A DNA stretch of 64,000 bases from Mobula hypostoma. Its lineage: Eukaryota. The notes beneath the pieces are model-generated. The model did not search any database. It was not told the DNA's origin and worked only from the letters and a program-made list of their open reading frames with translations. The DNA is taken from positions 27,156,001 through 27,220,000 of the forward strand of contig NC_086106.1 in the NCBI RefSeq assembly GCF_963921235.1, in the 5' to 3' direction. The stretch's first letter is position 1, and every line of letters begins with the position of its first letter. Of this stretch, positions 59,901-64,000 are shown in pieces. A program made the translations under genes and the position numbers.

Positions 59901-60739
59901 CAGAATATCTCTGTGGTGTTCTCCGCTCTGTCCCCTCTCCCTTCCCCTTTCCACAACCATGGTTCCCATCTACTCGCCCCCTTCCCACTGTCAAGTTGGA
60001 TTTCTTTTTCTTCTTTGAACATGTGCAGCTTCCTCACTTGAAAGAGATTGAATGCGTCTACCCAAATGGTTCTTAACCGGATCCCACTGAATGACGAAAC
60101 AACTTGTCCATTTTCCTCCTTTTATTCTTCGCAAGTGCGGCAGTTTGATAGTTCTATTAGTTCCATCAACCATCAGACATTAGATATTAGCCATTAGACA
60201 TTAGTAATTAGTCATTAAACATCAGACATTAGACACTAGTCATTCGGTGAAACAACTGGCTACCTCTCCGGACTTTGTAGACGGATCCGACCTGCCCCTC
60301 TCCGCTCCCTCACAGACGGTAATGTTTTCAAACCGGGTGACCCTTCCCGAAAGTTCCCGAGCTCTTCCTAAACCTGGCGCCATTTCCCAGAATCGCCTGC
60401 GCGCCATGATCCCCGTGACGTGAAGCTAGCGCTAACCCAAAACGCAGTGACCGCAGTGCGCTTGTCCATGAAACAGTCTCTCAAGTTATTTAAAGTTCAG
60501 CATCTTACCCCAGATCCCAACGCTGCTCCCGGACTGCCGCTGTGATGCTGCCGGATGCAGAAGCCGCACTCAGGCAGCGGGTTCTATCCGGTCTATCAGT
60601 GGGTTCTTGCTATTACTTTTAAATTTTATTTTCTTTTGCCTCTAGGTCCCAATACTTACAAGAAACTCTAATTTGACTTGACCCCTCCACTCGATCTTCC
60701 CATGGAAACACTGGGGTGATCGCCAGCTTCAAAGGCAAA

Positions 60740-61730
60740 CTTGGTTGTCACAGTTAGGTGTTCTTACGATTTATTGTTGACTTGAATTTCCATCTGTTCC
60801 TCAGCAGGTAGTAAGACAACCAGCCGCCTGACATCCCTGTGAAGGATGGTGGCTTGGATCCTGTCTTTTTTCCCATCAGAGATTGGATGTCTTGTTGTTA
60901 CTTTCAGAGCTTTTGTCACAGGAACACTGTAGTTTGGAAAGATCGAGTCGTTGACTTCCCTCACGATGCCTTTGCTGTCTGGATTAGTATTGATGACTCT
61001 AACAAGCTTGAAATGTCCTCTCAATGCATTTTGGTCGCTTAACCAGGTGATGTCCCCAACAGCGACGTTTCTCTGTGCAGTATGCCACTTGCTCCTGACA
61101 AACAAATTAGGACCAGCCAGTTGGCTCCAGCACCTCCAGAACTTGGTCACCTCTGACTGCATTGCTTGAAGTCTTTTGTAGGGGTAGCTGGAAAAGTGAA
61201 AGGTTTTGAAATCCCCACTTTCAGATGCTCGACCCAGTAGAAGAGTGTTGGGTGTGACATACTGAATACAGTCTTCCCGGTTCTGTACCCTGGCGTCAAT
61301 TGGGCACTCATTGGCAAGGTTGGTGGCTATGTGAAAAGATGTCTGGAACTCGCTGTAACTGAGCCCAGACTCCTTCCCAAGACTCTGGAGTGCTCTCTTT
61401 ACAATGCGTACAGTGGCTTCTGCAGCACCATTCCTGTGTGGAGAATCAGGTGGATGGATTATCCACATCCACTCCGTTCCATTTTTTGCCGCGGTTTCCT
61501 GCAGGGCTGCTTCGTTCAGGCCGTCAAGAATCTGTACAGCTCCTCCAAGACTGGCTTTGCTCCAGTGAAGTTGGTGCCTGGATCTAACCAGATCTTTCTT
61601 CGATGTCCCCTGATTGCTGTGAACCTTTGATAGGCCATGAGGAATCCTTCGGTTGATAGGGTGTTTACCAACTCTGTGTGGATGGCTCTGCTGGCCATGC
61701 AGCGAAAGACCACTCCCCAGACTTTCAGTG
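60740..61730 (-). mobile_element. BEL/Pao LTR retrotransposon integrase region
   Basis: FRCMASRAIHTEL...STEGFLMAYQRF..IRG....IW.DPGTNF; PHRNGAAEA.V; TPNTLLLG; FWRCW; KW......V.VGD. Confidence 0.88.
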
Positions 61731-61734
61731 TTAC

Positions 61735-62205
61735 TCTTTTCTTTTTATTTCAATCTTTATATTAATATCAAATTCTCAAACATTACAAAGAGTTGATACA
61801 AAGCTATTGGGATTACATTGTTAATAATTAGTATATATAGATATAAACACAGTTAATACACAGATATTAACCTCCCAAAATCTTACAGTCTACAAACATA
61901 GTAGTATATAGGAAAAAAAAATACAAAAGTATCATGGAAAAGGAAAAAGAAAAAAAAATGTCGAATAAGAAAAAAACCCTAATCGAAATCAACTAATCAA
62001 CTAAAGTATATAAAAAAAAGAAAAAGAAATGGGCTATTATGTTACATCAGATAAACCCAATAGTATCATTAACTCCGCTCCTCTCTCCATATATCTAAAA
62101 GTAGCAGAATAGAATTGGAGAAGGTCAAACTACATCATATGAAACTATTGAATAAATGGCCTCCTAGTCTCTTCAAATTTAATAGAAGGATCATAAATAG
62201 AAGGA
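61735..62205 (-). mobile_element. L1-like 3' end (A-rich tail, ORF2 C-terminus) cutting the BEL/Pao element
   Basis: T-rich start ctctttctttttttatttc; A-rich body; ends in sequence resembling the L1 ORF2 tail (W.PF..SF). Confidence 0.5.
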
Positions 62206-62209
62206 GAAG

Positions 62210-62815
62210 ATGGCGGCGCGACGGCAGTGCGTGCGGCCACTTCGGTGGTGATGTCTGTTATCTGTCAAGTAGGGGACCGTACACAATTCTGATTTGATGG
62301 AGACGGACGTGAGTGTACGGAGGAACATCTGGAAAACTTCTGAAATGCCCGCTTCGTCGCCGCTGCTACTGTATGGTAACCGGAATCTCCGGAGCAGAAG
62401 GCCCCGAAATCCTAGGCTTTGTTTGTTTCAGCGGCCGGGGCGAGATCGAAGGCGTTCGGCAGAGGATGGCGCTCGGAAAGCTGTATCAGGCGGATGGACT
62501 CAGTGTCGGCTGTGGTCGGCTGCTTCCAAGGCATCGGCAAGTTGACGGTGCCTGGAGGTTTATGGCAGGGAGTTTCTCCCTTTGCCGCCTGCTATCGGGG
62601 TCTCGGGGACTTTTGAGACTTTATTTACCGTGCCCCTGGTTTGTTCTTCCATCAAATTATGGTATTACTTTGCACTGCTGCAACTATATGTTATAATTAT
62701 GTGGTTCTGTCAGTGTTAGTCTTTGGTTTGTCCTGTTCTCTGTGCTATCACTCCGGAGAAAGATATTATCATTTCTTAATGCATGTACGCATTTTGAATG
62801 ATAATTCCCATAATC
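62210..62815 (+). repeat. Non-autonomous interspersed repeat (family of 31225-31750)
   Basis: Starts AAGATGGCGGCGCGACG; 3' block shared with 31500-31720. Confidence 0.7.
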
Positions 62816-62859
62816 TAAATAAATGACACTTCTAATTTTTTTCTAAATTTAAACATAAC

Positions 62860-64000
62860 TGTCATGATCCGATCTGTGAAGTCCGTATTCCGGTTCACGG
62901 TCTGGTCCATCGACCCTTGTTCCAGGTTTTCCTGTCTACCCTGTTTCTGTTCTTGTTGAGCTCTAATTAAGGCAGCTTATGCTCGTTGGGGCTGGCAGCA
63001 TAAATACCTCCAGAGACCAGGGCGTGGCTGCTGGATTTTTCTTGTACTTACTCCTTGTATCCCTTCCTCTGCCTTCTGTTTCCTCGCCTGAAGCCTAGCC
63101 GGTAACTCTCACCTCGCCTGAAGTTCTCGTTTCGTCTTGCAATGCCTGAAGCCCTGCCTTGTCTTGCCCGTAACTCTCGCCTCGCCTGAAGTTCTGCCTT
63201 GCCTTGCATTGCCTGAAGCCTTGCCTTGTATTGCTGTCTTGTCCTGGAGCCACCCCGTACCTAGCTCCCTTCCTGTTCCTTGCCTCCGTCGGGTAAGCCA
63301 GGCCGTCTTGCCGTTATCTGTGGTTGGTTCTGTCCCTTCCTGTCCCCTGCCTCCGTCGGGTGGAGATCCGCGCCCTGCCCAGGAGGAGCTTCCAGTCTCC
63401 GGCCTCCAGCATCCAGCCTCGCCTCGCCTCAAGTCTCCTGCCTCCAGCCTCCTGCCTCGCCTCGCATCAAATCTCAAGTCTCCAGCCTCCTGCCAAGCCT
63501 CGCCTCAAATCTTTAGCCTCTAACCTCTAGCCTGAAGACTCCAGCCTCCTGCCTAGCCTCAAGCCTGAAGACTCCAGCTTCCTGCCCAGCCTCAAGCCTG
63601 AAGACTCCAGCCTCCTGCCTAGCCTCAAGCCTGAAGACTCCAGCTTCCTGCCTAGCCTCAAACCATGAAGACTCCAGCTTCCTGCCTAGCCTCAAGCCTG
63701 AAGACTCCAGCCTCCTGCCTAGCCTCAAGCCTGAAGACTCCAGCTTCCTGCCTAGCTTCAAGCCTGAAGAGTCCAGCCTCGTCCTGCCTGCCAGCCAAGC
63801 CTCGTCCTTGCCTAGTTCTGGGGTCCGAGCCAGAGGCAAGACCCAGGGACCGGGTCCTTGTCCAGTCTCTGGCTCGGAGTCCAAGCCCGGGCACCTAGCT
63901 CTCTTGTCCAGTCCTGTTCCGGTTTCGCGGTTTTCGTGTCCATGTCCTTGCCCTCACCCTTGATCTTAGTCCTGTCCCTAGTACTTCAGTGTCTGTGTCT
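62860..64000 (+). mobile_element. LTR-like element running off the window end
   Basis: TGTCATGATCCGA start resembling 33360; TATA-like CATAAATA about 62999; pyrimidine-rich modules. Confidence 0.55.
63527..63790. repeat. 33-bp minisatellite, about 8 units (CTAGCCTCAAGCCTGAAGACTCCAGCYTCCTGC)
   Basis: Direct reading; one unit carries a 1-nt insertion (aaaccatgaag). Confidence 0.92.

Noticed and set aside
63109-63898. Multiple overlapping ORFs with 11-aa repeats (LEARQEAGVFR)
   Set aside because: Expected from a stop-free 33-bp tandem repeat; no evidence of a protein.

Overview
Eukaryotic DNA from a cartilaginous fish, most likely a batoid (skate or ray), inferred from the Ig architecture and repeat families. 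Positions 2.5-17.0 kb hold one complete, apparently intact, germline-unjoined IgM heavy-chain cluster on +: leader-VH-D1-D2-JH-Cmu1-Cmu2-Cmu3-Cmu4/secretory tail-TM1-TM2, with 23 / 12-22 / 12-12 / 23 RSS spacing. An intact two-exon GPR139-like class A GPCR lies at 43564-46171 (+). The rest is a dense, nested retroelement graveyard: CR1, Penelope-like, Rex1/Babar, L1, Gypsy, BEL/Pao, tRNA-SINEs and LTR-like pieces. Most notable: (1) a candidate HDV-like self-cleaving ribozyme with an unusual extra hairpin at the 5' end of a TSD-flanked non-autonomous element (41639-41821); (2) a decayed element with retrovirus-type gag, tether, RNase H and integrase (about 35.1-39.9 kb, -), with a diverged LTR/leader relative upstream of the VH gene; (3) minimal hammerhead ribozyme motifs in Penelope termini; (4) a shared non-canonical ACAATTAC nonamer on both the V and J RSSs; (5) two local segmental duplications. 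Exon and motif coordinates were read base by base. TE boundaries are approximate and family calls come from recognised motifs, not database searches.
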